Of a stretch of 64,000 nt of DNA, positions 1 to 12,839 are shown piece after piece. How positions within the stretch are numbered: position 1 is the first letter of the stretch; the number at the start of each line of letters is the position of its first letter. Position numbers and translations under genes: made by a program. The notes under the pieces are model-generated. The model had not been told where the DNA came from and did not search any database. It saw only the letters and a program-made list of their open reading frames with translations. Source of the DNA: Harriotta raleighana (lineage: Eukaryota); NCBI GenBank assembly GCA_050575255.1, contig JBNZDD010013480.1, positions 285,516 through 349,515 of the forward strand. The letters are read 5' to 3'.

Positions 1-418
1 ATCACCCCAGAGGATCAAATTCAAGGCCTTGCCACCGCTTACCTCTCCGACCTGCTGTCCACCAATGAACTTCCCCGCCCCTTCAGTTCAGCGGGCTCTG
101 GTCTGCTCCATGTCCCCTGCCCGACCCGCTTTAACATCGGCAGATGGGCTTTCGGCTCTCTGCCCCCACACTCTGGAACTTCATCCCTCAGTCCTTTCGC
201 CTCGCTCCCTCCCTCCTTCAAGGTCAGTCTCAAGACCCTCCTCTTTGACCATGCCTACTACTGCCCTCCCAACTCTCTTCCTCACCTCCTAACTCTCTCC
301 CTCCCCTCCCCCCTTCCCTGCCCTTCTTCCTTGCTTGGATCCATCCTGACTGTTCAGTGTCTTGCGATGTCCTCCTGATATGAAAGGCGTTCTATCAATG
401 TAATTTTGTGGTTATTGG
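1..418 (+). mobile_element. L2-clade LINE 3' fragment (ORF2 C-terminal remnant, pyrimidine-rich 3'UTR, tail)
   Basis: Aligns by eye to the 3' end of the longer L2 copies at 55770-56180 and 44400-44830; ends in gactgttcagtg..gatgtcctcctgatatgaaaggcg..aatgtaattttgtgg. Confidence 0.85.
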
Positions 419-420
419 AA

Positions 421-600
421 ATAATAATAATAATAATGCTTCCATTTGATAAAGAGCCTTATTACATCGTGAAGATGTCTGAAAGTGCTTCACAGGATTT
501 ACTATCGGGTGTAATGACTGTACATCTTGTAGGAAATTAAGACCAATTTGCGCACAGCAGTGCCACAAAAACAGGAGTGAGGAGAATGACCAATTTTAGC
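421..600 (-). mobile_element. SINE 3' part (L2-type tail), antisense
   Basis: (ATA)n followed by catttgata..gatgtctgaaagtgcttcacagg, the reverse complement of the shared SINE tail. Confidence 0.7.
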
Positions 601-684
601 ACCAAGTGAAGACTTTCTTCTTTTCACTTTAAGTTGGATTCATGTGGAATTTATCGGCTCAGGAAGCCATAGTGACATAATCAA

Positions 685-850
685 TTGGGATGTTTAAAGG
701 GGAGATTACAATAGATACTCAGGAAGTAAGAGTATTAAGCATGATGGAGAAAAGGTGGTGAAATGGGATTGAAGTAGCTGCTATAATCTAAAAAATTTGG
801 TTTGAAATGGTTGAATGGCCTTCCCGTGTTCCTGTATTCCTATGATTCAA
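685..850 (+). mobile_element. CR1-clade LINE 3' end, degraded
   Basis: Ends ggttgaatggccttcccgtgttcctgtattcctatgattc, similar to the CR1 tail at 34440-34630. Confidence 0.55.
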
Positions 851-2147
851 TGGCAGGCCAAAGAGGTGAGATGACAATCCGTTCCCTCACAATGGGATAC
901 AACATACACTGGTCCCTAATAGACACATTTAAAGTGATATTGCCCTCTAGACATGTTGGGAAAGATACTTGGGAATTACGTAAAATTGCATCTTGATTGA
1001 AATCACATTCAAATAAATTGTGTTATTAAAATCTAATCAGATTAAAAACACTTTCATATGGAAGGTTTGAATCATCTGAAACAAACTAATATTGATTCTA
1101 ATATACTTATACATTGAAGGGATGCACAGAATAGACATTCATATACAAAACTGATACTTTGCTGTACTATTACACTCGAAAATAATCTTTATATTAGAAC
1201 CTCAATAATTCCTTGGTTATTGTTTGTGTATTTTGCACCCTTACATTTTTCTGAAACAGCTGTTCCCACACTGAATAATCTGCTGAGATTCTTTTGAAAA
1301 ATGAAATGATCCTTGAAATTATCATTTATTTAAAACGTAACCTGATGCAGAGACAAAACAATGTGTATAAAGCTCGTATCTCCACTGGTGTGACAACACA
1401 GCGACAAAGTGGCAACACCAGGCAGCTCTTTGTGATTTTCTTTGGTTATCTAAACCAGAAGAATGAACTTTTTCAGTTCGCAACACAACAGAAGTACTAT
1501 AAATGGAATATAATGAATATGTAAAGCAGACTGGAGGGGATTATTCTCCCTCATTGATTTAGAATGGGGGACAAATTCCCCTCTAAGCAAGATTGCAGAA
1601 CAGCAATCCAATCAAGCAGGTCATAAGACTTCATTTCAAGGAGGCAGGAGGGATTTGCGCATCAGTTAAACCTTTTATGGTGGAAATGTATGCTTCTGGT
1701 TATGTACTATGTTGAGTCCTTTGTAGTTTGTTGATGGCAGATATTATTTTTCTTGACGATTTCACTCCTTCAGTTTTCTTTTGCCTACTCTCCAAATGGT
1801 GACAATTACTCCAGACTTGCAGTTGCTCACTCATGGAATAGCCTGACACCTGGCGTACTCAAGGACTGATGGAAGAAATCAAAATCCAAGAGGTGGAATT
1901 AAGGGGATTTTGATTTTGGTGTCAGTGCATGAAGGAGATGAATAAACAGTTCACGTGCATAGATCTAAACAGCTGGCAGTTTAATAAACTAAATGACCTG
2001 TTTTTGTTCCCTCTTTTGCAGGCTCCTTTGATGTCGAGGACCTATTGCTCATGCACTTTACGGTTATCTGAGTGTAGTATTTTGTAGAAAAACATGGCAA
2101 TGTTTTTGCACATTGGAATATCTTACAAACAATCATTGCTGTGTGCA

Positions 2148-2335
2148 AAAATGCAAAATATTGCACATGCTGGAAATCCAAAACAGAAACAGAAGTCGCT
2201 GGGAACACCTAGCAGGTCAGGTGGCATCCATGGAGAAAGGAAAAGTGAGTCAATGTTTCAGGAGGAATTAACCATGGAGTCACGAAGTGAACAGTCCCTT
2301 CGGAATGCTGTGTAGGAGGGGAGGGAAATCAAGTT
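2148..2335. mobile_element. Penelope-like element terminal fragment (tentative)
   Basis: aaatgcaaaatattgcacatgctggaaatcc..gcaggtcaggtggcatccatggag..caatgtttcagg recurs at 18968-19075. The family assignment is from my recollection of shark Penelope-type termini, not from a search. Confidence 0.45.
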
Positions 2336-2510
2336 TGTTACTATGTTTTTCTACAAAATACAGAGTCACTACACTTTACAATAAATCCTACAAAGCACTT
2401 TGAGACATCTCAACAACATGATGATGTGTTGCATTAAGTGCAGGGATTTAAAAAAAATGTCTGATGCTTTCGTACGGCTTTCAATATTCTCGCTCCCTTT
2501 CCCAAAGACA

Positions 2511-3300
2511 GCAACAACAACAACAAGATTGCATTTATAGAGCGCGTTTCACGTCAGGAGGACGTCCCAAGGCACTGGACAGTTGGTTTAAGACCCGAGC
2601 AGGGGGAAATGTTCAGGGCGAGGGNNNNNNNNNNNNNNNNNNNNNNNNNNNNNNNNNNNNNNNNNNNNNNNNNNNNNNNNNNNNNNNNNNNNNNNNNNNN
2701 NNNNNNNNNNNNNNNNNNNNNNNNNNNNNNNNNNNNNNNNNNNNNNNNNNNNNNNNNNNNNNNNNNNNNNNNNNNNNNNNNNNNNNNNNNNNNNNNNNNN
2801 NNNNNNNNNNNNNNNNNNNNNNNNNNNNNNNNNNNNNNNNNNNNNNNNNNNNNNNNNNNNNNNNNNNNNNNNNNNNNNNNNNNNNNNNNNNNNNNNNNNN
2901 NNNNNNNNNNNNNNNNNNNNNNNNNNNNNNNNNNNNNNNNNNNNNNNNNNNNNNNNNNNNNNNNNNNNNNNNNNNNNNNNNNNNNNNNNNNNNNNNNNNN
3001 NNNNNNNNNNNNNNNNNNNNNNNNNNNNNNNNNNNNNNNNNNNNNNNNNNNNNNNNNNNNNNNNNNNNNNNNNNNNNNNNNNNNNNNNNNNNNNNNNNNN
3101 NNNNNNNNNNNNNNNNNNNNNNNNNNNNNNNNNNNNNNNNNNNNNNNNNNNNNNGAAGCCTGGTGCGGGAGAGTACACGAGCTGCAGAGTTCTGGATGAC
3201 TTGCAGCTTGTGGATGGAGGAGCCAGGAAGGCCTACGAGGAGAGAGTTCCCATAGTCCAGCCTTGAGGTGATGAAGGCGTGGACTAGTGTTCCTGAGGCT
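2511..3300 (-). mobile_element. 5'-truncated L2 LINE spanning an assembly gap
   Basis: (CAA)n plus L2 tail at 2511-2624. Beyond the gap the minus strand reads [43 protein letters not shown], a typical L2 ORF2 C-terminal motif. Confidence 0.9.
2625..3154. other. Assembly gap (530 N)
   Basis: Run of N inside an L2 copy. Confidence 1.
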
Positions 3301-5344
3301 GCTGGTAGCCATAGAGTATGTAAGGCCATTCTTATGTGTGTGAGTGTGAGCAGTAAGCAATATTGAAATGTGGGACCCCATTCACCAGCATTCATACTTA
3401 TGCACTTGCTGCAGGGAGGAAGTTGGTTCCAAGATGACTTTCATTAACAAGACACTCAGCTAATTTTATATGAGCCCTGGAATGTTGAAGACATTGGCCA
3501 CATCAACTCCCCAAGTGAGGTCAGTTGATTCAGGAATCAAACCCGGGACCTTCTAGGGCTGGAATCTTGAGCGCTGCACCATTACCCACTGAACTCTAAG
3601 AAGGATGATTTCTACCTTTGGAAAAAATTCTACTTGTGTAGATTAACTTGATTTACATAGCGTGCAGAAATAGTTAAATTCAGTCTTCACTTTGAAGTCA
3701 GTTTTCTGCATTTACAGAAAATAAATTTGCTGAAACAAGATTCAAAATGTAAATTATATTTATATAGTGCCTTTGACGTCAGGAGGATGCCTCAAGGCAC
3801 TGTACTATCAGTGTACTACTGTACTACCTGGGGGTCAGGTTCGGAGAGGAAACACTTAAAATTGTATTAAAGAATGTTGTAAATTCTGCATACTGAGATT
3901 CTGGTTGAATTTCTCCCCACTCATTTGCTATAGCTTTGATGATCAGGAGAGCAATCAAAAAGGCAAGGATTATTATTATTATTATTATTATTATTGGATG
4001 TGACCTGGGAGTGAAGAGTTGGGAGACAGACAACACAACATTTAAAATATTGGGCTGAAAGATACACATCTTAAATGTACAGTACATACAATTTATAATA
4101 AATTCTGTGAAGTGCTTTGAGATGTCTCAACAACATATTAAGGTGCTATATCAAATGCAAGGATTATTATTACATAAATCAACTGCTTCCTCCTTAAACA
4201 ATGACTTTATTATATTGCTGAGGTGATAATACATTGGTTCATACCAAATTTGACTTGATACTGCAATAACAGCAAATCTGTTATGAAACATCGCATTTTG
4301 CACCCCATTATTATGAAAAGACCTGAACAGCAACAAATAATTTTCATTTCAATTATTAATTTACCATGTTTTGCCATATTTCCATTCAAACTACAGAATG
4401 CAGTGGTTGACTTAATTAAATCACTGGTATCTTATTTGTAACAGTAGATTTCTTCAAAACCTTCACCGGTACTATACTGTCAACAAAAACAAAAATAAAT
4501 TCACTCTGATAAAGTGTAATTGGCCGCAACACAAAATTGCTCCAGTTGGCATTGCAAATTCTGTGTATAAGTGCTGCATTTGCAGCAATTGTACCCTGTG
4601 TGCTGCACACAGCTTTACATCCTGCTCGAGCCAAGGAATGAAATTGGAACTGTTTATACACGTGGCACCAAATTCAATTCATCCATTCAACATAACCAAA
4701 CAAATTTGCTTACCTCACTGGTGGAAAGCAGCACCAGCGCTGGTTACCTATCCAACAGTAAAGAATTTGTGTTCAAACAATAAAAGGAAAATATGTGTGT
4801 AGTCCCTGGGGTTGAAAATGTGACAATTATAAACAAATGGTACTGAAACTTGCGCTGAGCAAATTCTATTTTTACCCCTTATTTCAGTATCAATGGATGC
4901 GTTTTACTTGAACCCATTCTGTTATGAAGTTACAACTGCTTTCTAAAGGCCGCATATCCCTTGCTTCAGTTTCAAGGCTTCTTCAAAGGGAAACTGATTC
5001 AAATTGGGGTGCTCTGAGCAGTCTGATTCAAGTCCGACCATCCCACATAATTGACTGGAGATTCAGTTGGATTTCAATTCACTCCATTTGTACAGCATTT
5101 CAGAGCGTGCAGGATTTGGTAAATTGTTACATTTTAATGGACATTGAAAGAAGAAACTTACAGAAACTTCAATGATTGGCTTCAAAATTGAAGACTGCAA
5201 TTAAAGAATTTGACAAATTCACTTTTCACTTTGTCCACATGTTTCAAACCGCTTCACAAGATACTGTATATGGTTTTGTAGAGTGACTGTGTATTTTGCA
5301 GGACAATTCTCTAAAACACTGAATTTCACATTTTTGAGATGATA

Positions 5345-5664
5345 AATAATAATATAATAATAATTGCATTTGATATAGCGCTTTTTCACATCTTATCAAC
5401 GTCTCAAAGTGCTTCATCGAATATACTCTAAAGTGAATTGACTGTACATTTGTGGGTGAAATGCGGCAGCCAATTTCGCACAATAGTGTCCCAGAAACAG
5501 TCGTGGTTTTGAAAATGACCTATCTTTATTATTATGTTTTTTGGAGAGATTTTTATTAGGCATGTGGAATAAGGAAACTTGCCCAAAGTTTTGCTCTGAT
5601 CTGCTGGATTCGAATGCAGGTCTCACTCTTGTAATGCGAGTGCTTTAATTATTGAGTAACAAGA
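5345..5664 (-). mobile_element. Full-length tRNA-derived SINE (dominant family, ~310 bp)
   Basis: Reverse complement of the 39621-39919 copy: degenerate A box, B box (ttcgaatcc), body and (TTA)n tail. Confidence 0.92.
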
Positions 5665-6084
5665 GATCACAGAGAAATTTTTAAAATCCTTGAAATCAAT
5701 CCAACTCTCAATATACACTTTTTAAAAATGAGCACCCCCAACCAACGCCGCACCCATTTTAATTCCAGCCTCCAATGCAAATAAAACTTTGTGAAGTGAG
5801 AAAATACAATTATAGTTTCAAAGGATTAACAGGCCAGTATTTAGCTTGCTTTTTAACACACTTCCTATCATAAATTGCATTGCTGTTTTAAATTCCTTCG
5901 ATTTTTGGCGGTAGATTCTCCACAGAGTTTCTTCATTTCCACCGTTCTCCTCTCACTGGGTCTCTCTGCTGGTGGTTGCACTGTACTGTGAAAATCATGG
6001 TCTACCAAAAAGTAAATTTTTTCATGCTCATTGTACACTCTCGCTCTCCTACAACTGGATTCTGCTCTGATATTGTGTATAGAA

Positions 6085-6570
6085 CAACAGCAACAAAATT
6101 ATACTTATATAACGCCTTTCATATCAGGAGGAAGTTCCAAGGTGATGGACAGACATTGTTTCAGACCTGAGCAATGGTTGGGGATGGAGAGAATGGAAGG
6201 AAAGGGGGAATTTGGGGTGACCATCGAAGAGGAAGGTCTTGAAGGAGGACAGGGAGGGGGCGAGGTGGAGGGACTGCTAAGTGGAGTTCCAGGGAAAGGG
6301 GGCAGATTGGCTGAAGTGGTGGGCTGAGTGGGCTGTGGGATATGGTGCAGGCCGGAGCCTGCTGAGTGAAGGAGGTGGACAGGTTGGTAGGGGATTAGGA
6401 AGTTGCAGAGGTAGGGTGGGGCGAGGTTGTAGAGGGCTTTGAATGTGAGGATCAGGATCTTGAATTGAATCCTCTGGATGATGGGAAACCAATGGAGTTG
6501 GGCGAGGATGGGGGAGATGAGGTCATGAAGCTTGGAGCGGTAGAGGACATGGGCCACAGAGTTCTGCATT
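6085..6570 (-). mobile_element. L2 LINE 3' fragment
   Basis: Minus ORF QNSVAHVL..ISPILAQLHWFPIIQRIQFKILILTFKALYNLAPPYL followed by 3'UTR and (TTG)n tail. Confidence 0.92.
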
Positions 6571-6696
6571 ATAAACTTAATAGCAAGTGGAATGTCACAG
6601 ATGCTTCCTACAAGATAGAACTATTCAAGGTAGGGCTCTGATTAGCTCCAGTTTGCCATCATACATTTGCATTCCAATTAAATCCAATTTGTGGAT

Positions 6697-7105
6697 TTCT
6701 GTAGCTCAGTGGTTAGAACACTCACCTGGCAAGTGAGATCTGTGTTTAAATCCAGGCAGGTCAGGGCAAAATCTTGGGCAAGTTTTCTTACTTCACACGC
6801 CTAATAATAATCCCTTCAAAAAAAAGGGATTCCAATCCACGATTGTTTGTAGGCCACGCAATTCGCCCACAAATATACAGTCAATTCATTTTACAGTATA
6901 TTCTGTGAAGCTCTTTGAGACGATAGAAGACGTGAAAAGTGCTATATGAGTTTAAGGAGCTTTATTTGTTTTGCCTAAAGTAAGAGTCATTCTTTTGACA
7001 TTGGGTTTAGTCTGTAACATTTACAGNATTCTGTGAAGCTCTTTGAGACGATAGAAGACGTGAAAAGTGCTATATGAAATTCCAGGATTATTATTATTAT
7101 TATTA
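6697..7105 (+). mobile_element. tRNA-derived SINE (contains a single-N duplicated segment)
   Basis: A box tagctcagtggttagaac, B-box-like gtttaaatcc, tail ggattattatta. Confidence 0.9.
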
Positions 7106-7769
7106 ATCTCACATAAACCCAAACCACCGATTACTCATTCTCATTTATTAAACCAAGTTTAAGGAGCTTTATTTGTTTTGCCTAAGGTAAGAGTCATTCT
7201 TTTGACATTGGGTTTAGTCTGTAACATTTACAGATCTGGTTTGTTGCATTTTTTTGTAAAGCAATGAAATTCATGGTGAAACGCGAATCCCACATTTTTA
7301 AAGTCTGAAGAAAGAGCGCTGAGCAAAGCATCATAGGCACAGGCCACTGGTTGCTCACAGCCTTTATCTGGACTGTGCCATACTGTGATTCTTGATACAA
7401 ATTTCTCGAGCCGAAAGTCGCCCATTTTAACAGTTGTCATATCCTGGTTATTAACCCCGTTGACATCTATATATTTTTGCTATGTATTGAGTTCTATTTT
7501 TTAAACATATATCTTTCATATTGATTTTTATTTTAACCCATTTTGTTCACTCACACGACTGGAAAGTAGGCTTCAGAGTTGCTTGATCCATTGCAGTCTG
7601 TCATTGCCATGTCCATGATCGATTGAGAGCAGCTGGTGAGAATGTGTATCCTCTTCTTAGCGATTCCCACTGGCGGAACAATTATTGTAGAACTTTAAAT
7701 AAAGTTTGTTTTATAATTCTTCAAAAGCACTGTATTTCTGCTCCCCAACACTTATAAACATGACTACTG

Positions 7770-8045
7770 TCCTGGAAAGGGTGGGCTGAGTAGGGGAAGG
7801 GGGGACCAAGGGGTGGAGGCGGGCAAGAAGCAGGGATCCACTTGGGCTGAGTTGGCTCCAAGGTGACATTCTCAGCCATGGAATTTCAGAAACCAGCCAA
7901 CCCTCTGTGTTGGGCTCGGTAGTCCCGTTTGTGTGCCAGACAGGTCCACAGTATTCCAGGCTGCTGATGACAGCACAGATAATCTGGCTCGTTAGCAGGA
8001 CTTCTCGCAGCAGTCCAGTCAGTGGGTTAGGGATTCTTCCCATTT
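7770..8045 (-). mobile_element. Old non-LTR retrotransposon RT C-terminal relic (clade uncertain)
   Basis: Minus ORF contains AVISSLEYCGPVW, resembling the L-E/D-Y-C-x-P-V-W motif downstream of LINE RT domains. The segment is locally GC-rich. Confidence 0.4.
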
Positions 8046-9906
8046 GACTTATTAACCCTGCAAGGCAAAGTTCTAACAGGTGGGGTGGTCTCAGCTTGAC
8101 AAGCAGCAGGAAAGCTTGCCAGACATGATAAGCTATGTGGTTTTAACTTGTTAGATTCCAGCAGTACACACACTCTGAGGTCCTAATCCTCCAATCTGAT
8201 TTTAATAGTTAATACTACAGTACCATGGATGGTTGAGATTTAAAATAGTTTAGTAAAAATGTGCTCGAAAGAACAATTGCAAGTTTACACACCCGACCAG
8301 TGACTGCCGAATTTGTCTCATGCTCGGCATATGTCATATGGGCAAACAAGACCTGACAGGCACTTGCTGTGAGACAAACAGTTTATCCCACAGCTGAACT
8401 GTTTCTAAGAAGACATGTTTGTAAAGCTAGGCAGGCCCACAGTAATCCAAAGCAGATTGATAGGTATAGATATGCCCACAAGACAAAGCTCTACCAGGCA
8501 TGGTGGTCCTAGCTGGACAAGTGCTATGCTGCCGAGTTAACCATTAACTTATAGATAACTATTATCCTGGGTAGGCAACATTACTTTAATGTAGATATTA
8601 TTTTAAACATTCCTGCAAGTAGTTCAATCATATGCGGATAATACCTGAGGTTGATATTGAGATCCAATTTATGGAAACACCCTTCAAAAGTACATCACCT
8701 TATCCCAGAACACATCTCCAATCAACTCCCAGAGCAGAGTCTCCACCTGACGATGGGAATTCTAATGGAATTCGTTGCTAAACAACACTGTCAACAAATT
8801 AGACCTGGCCTATTAATCAAACCTAGTTAATAACTGAATATTAACATTGGAGTCTAATTTGCAGTACTTCTCAACCATTTCTAAGGAATTCTGTCAGAAT
8901 TCTATTAGAATTACTATGCACCCACATTCACTATGCAGAAGGTGATTACTGGAAAAGTTCCCTATTTACAGAACTTAATAAGGCATCCCATTAAGAAATA
9001 CCACAAATTATACCTCAGTATTCTAAATATTCCAGAGTTTTTAATAGCCCCTATGAAGCTCTATTTTTATGCAATTCTTTGAAAGATTGAATAATTTCAG
9101 AGCAAGATTGATGTCTGCGCCAGTGTTTGCTGGAAGTTTCTTCATGAAATGAATGGTAAACATATGTTACATGTTTTCAGTTCAGGCTCAGCCCAAGCAA
9201 TATAATAAAATGGAAGATAAGTAAAATTCCGTAAAGCAACCCAAATGCTTGTCACTTTCTCTTTTTACCATTTACAGGAAAAAGGATTGAAATCTTTTTT
9301 CCTGGATCACTGTATTTTTCCTGAACAGTTTCTACTGTACAAAAATTCATGATGGGTAGGTAGTTATTTCACCCATCTCCTTCAGATGGCAGTGTTACAG
9401 ATGTCTTTTCTGTTTCTTGTATAGTGCTCATGCAGGCAATGCCACTCAGTCTCTTTAACTGCAATGTTGCATTGAGATTACAGTGTGTGAAATTGGCAAA
9501 CCACTGTACATCAGTGTCATCCCATTTTTATTGCATTTTAATGCTCTCAATATTATTATATTACAGTATTATTATTATTTAAAGTTCTCTATAAACCCTT
9601 TAACCGAAGAGTTAACATCAGTAGGAACGCCTCATGAGAGGTTAAGTTCTCACACAGTACACTGTAAAGTCTGTGTGTGAAGCAAACAAATTTATGGTGA
9701 GAAATTGTGTTGAGATGTCTCAAAACACTTCACAGGATGCATTGTAAAATGTGAAGTATTTTGGGGTGAATGATCAATTTTATTTGGGGGGATTGTTGAT
9801 TAGGTCATAGGGAGAAATTCTCTTCTCTTTTTGATTAGTGTCATGGGGAGAAGGCATACACAGAGTGAACGGCAGATTGCATGTGAGAGTGCAAATAGAA
9901 AGAATG

Positions 9907-10229
9907 CCCCTGTAGCTAAGTGGTTAGAGCACTCACCTTAGAAGCATGAGACTTGTGTTCGAATCCAGGCAGATCAATTGAAAACCTTGGGCAAGTTTCC
10001 TTACTCTACACACCTAATAATAATCCGGCCAAAAAACCCCACAATAATAAAATTGGTCATTTCAATCCATGACTGTTTGTGGGACACTGCTGTGTGCAAT
10101 TGGCTGCTGCATTTCACCCACAAATATACAGTGCATTCACCTTACAGTATATTTTGTGAAGTGCTTTGAGATGTCGATAAGATGTGAAAAGTGCGATATC
10201 AAATGCGAGGATTATTATTATTATTATTA
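9907..10229 (+). mobile_element. Full-length tRNA-derived SINE
   Basis: tagctaagtggttagagc (A box), gttcgaatcc (B box), L2-type tail plus (TTA)n. Confidence 0.93.
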
Positions 10230-10509
10230 ATGACAACTGGACCTGGTTATAGGTGGGGCAGGTAAATTCAGTTCTATTTATAATGGCTCCATCTCAAATA
10301 CAGTATGGCTTCATTTTTATTTTTAGACTTGGGCCATGCTGGCTTGTAACCAAGGCCAATCAGAGGGGAGAACAGGAGGGCCATTTGGCCTGGGCCTCAA
10401 GCTCAAAGGGGGTCTCAAATTTTTCATGTGTTGTCAATTTGGTTAAGTTCCAAATCACGGCCTCACNCTTCATTTTTATTTTTAGACTTGGGCCATGCTG
10501 GCTTGTAAC

Positions 10510-10894
10510 CAAGGCCAGAGGGGAGAACAGGAGGGCCATTTGGCCTGGGCCTCAAGCTCAAAGGGGGTCTCAAATTTTTCATGTGTTGTCAATTTGGTTA
10601 AGTTCCAAATCACGGCCTCACCATATTTGGTAACTACCATCAGGCCCTCTCAGAAACTATGAAGTTTAATTATGCATAACCTAATTTTTATTAAAAAATA
10701 AAACTGGATTTAACATTTTTACAAGTTTTTATTAGGTTTGTTTAAAAAAACAAAATTTTATTTATAATTTCCTAATATTATAGTTATTAAATATGGTGAG
10801 GCTATGATTTAGTACTTAACTGTCTTTTTTTTATGGCCAGGGGCCTCAAATGTTGGAAGTGGCCTGGGCCTCTCTGAACCTCTGAGAGGGCCTG
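10510..10894. mobile_element. hAT-type non-autonomous DNA transposon (MITE)
   Basis: Left end caaggcc(aatc)agagg versus right end reverse complement caggccctctcagagg; degenerate 8-bp flanks cttgtaac / tgtgtaac; subterminal ggcctgggcctc motifs; AT-rich centre. The left end is also present at 10351 in the single-N duplicate. Confidence 0.65.
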
Positions 10895-11504
10895 TGTGTA
10901 ACTGGAGAGGCCCCAGCAAGCCTAAAGCAGCAGCTCAGCATGAGGCAGTGGTTTCAGCAGAGGAAAAGGGGAGACAGTTGAGGGACAAAAAATTCCTCCC
11001 CATTCGGAGCAATGATTATTGTTGTACATTTAGCCAACAGGATTTAATGTTTTACATTCTCAAATTACTACATAGGAACAAAAAGGGACACATTAAACAG
11101 GTTCTCATTCTCAATGATATTTGGTGCTTCTACCTGAACTGCCACATTATGGCACTCTTGCAGTGTCAATGTTGAGTGAATTCAGGTCAGGTATAGCAGG
11201 GGTTAAATATGGGATATATCTACCCTCTATTTTGGTATAATGGTATGTCTTAACTCCAAGGAACCAATGTGTTTGTTCAGGGCTGTACCTTTGGAAGAGT
11301 GTGTTGAGGATCCTATACCTGAAATAGGAAATGTCATTTACATTATCTGAGGAAAAAGATAGAAGGGAGATATGGAACTGGATGAGTCAAGGAGTCTGTG
11401 CAGGAGATAGAACTATGGGCAACTACTGACAGGCAGTGACTGAACTATTACATCTTATAGTGGGATTGAGAGCTTTCATTCTCTCCATGTAAAGCTATTT
11501 AAGT

Positions 11505-11700
11505 GTCAGCCTGGCTCAGTTGGTAGCTCTCTTGCCTCTGAGTTAGAAAGTTGACACTCTATATCAGGATTTTGAGCTCATTGTCTAGGCTGACAGTTCA
11601 GTGCAGTGCTGGGGGACACTGTATTGTCACACATTAATTTGAGGTTCCATCTTCATGTTCAGATGGTAATTAAAGATCCCATAGGATTATTTCAAAAAAC
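11505..11700 (+). mobile_element. Old Deu-domain-type SINE, 5' half
   Basis: gtcagcctggctcagttggtagc..ctaggctgaca..cagtgcagtgctg..aaagatccca, shared with the 18286 and 27630 copies. Confidence 0.7.
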
Positions 11701-12199
11701 AGATCTGTGTTTCAACTGTTATCTGCCATTGATCCTTGTCGACATCAATCCAACATGTGACAGAAGCCTTGGCAGGAAGGCTGAGAGGTTTTACCACTTT
11801 CAAGGTGACCCTGACTTAGAGGAGAAGACCAGAAACAGCCTTACACCCTTGAAGTTATAACACAAGCGATTGAGGGTTCTACTGTGAACAAGAGGCAGAT
11901 GGTCAGTCTTGTTCACTAGATAACTCACCAACGGTGTGGGAAAGATTAATTACCTAATCACAGTGCTTAACATAAAAGATGTAGCATTTTAAAGCATAAA
12001 AGACATGTTCGATGTTTTGTGGATGCCCACTTTGACACGGGCCAGAGTGTCCACAAATCACCTTATTCGCTCTGTCAGTGGCAATGCTCAGTCAGATTTG
12101 CGGTACTGTTTGAGTCCAGGCAATAATCTGTGAAGCTCCACGGAGACAGAAACCAAGGTGGAGATTCAAACAACAGCAGAAACTGAGACTGAATAACAA

Positions 12200-12350
12200 T
12201 ACTAGTCCCTAGCCAGCCTATATCTAGTACTTTCCGGATCTAGGTAAACAGGATGTGTACATCCAGGAAGATGGCGCACATTCCATTCCAACAATCTATC
12301 TCTTCAATGTGTAGGTGGGATCCATGGAATTCTCAGTAGGTCTCATCCTT
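12200..12350 (-). repeat. Unclassified interspersed repeat, copy 1 of 5
   Basis: Reverse complement ttgttggaatggaatgtgcgccatcttcctggatgtacacatcctgtttacctagatccggaaagtactag matches the 23875, 31885, 38815 and 42407 copies. Confidence 0.75.
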
Positions 12351-12839
12351 CAGATTGAACTGTTATTTTCAACAGTAGGGACATCATGCAGTATTACTCA
12401 ACATCTGCTTGCATTTATATTGCACCCTTCACAGCGGTTGGAGTTCCGGGGCGCTTACTCAAACACTGTTACAAATTGCTTCATAATTGGGAAAGAGAGC
12501 AGTTTTCATATGTATGTGGCATACTTATATAAATGTAATTTTGATTGATTGATTGATTGGTTCAGTCTGATTTGGACGCATTTAAGTACAGTACTGGGTG
12601 ACACCCGGCTGACCAAAAAGAAATAGGAAAAAAATCAAATCAAATAAATAAACAAAATCTTGAGAATGCAGGGTTCCATTTGGTAACTACTGTATTTCAG
12701 TTTAAAGTAATAGAATAATTTCTCTTAACATTTTTACATGGGGAAGGGTTTAAACTATAGTATTTTACAATGTCTAATGTAAATTAGCTTGTTGCAAGGG
12801 TCGGAGTAAATATCTTTTGATGTAATGAATAAAGAACTT

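Noticed and set aside
2001-2071. Plus-strand acceptor (ttccctcttttgcag) followed by SFDVEDLLLMHFTVI-stop
   Set aside because: No recognisable protein, no convincing donor or partner exon, and such acceptors occur by chance.
2464-3395. Long ORFs (196-275 aa) in the ORF track
   Set aside because: They are open only because they run through the 530-N gap; the real residues are L2 remnants. The same applies to the ORFs at 61739-62153 across the 150-N gap.
9278-9355. 78-nt plus-strand candidate exon (tttacag..gtaggt)
   Set aside because: Stops in all frames, a weaker donor and no supporting neighbours, so it is not called as coding.
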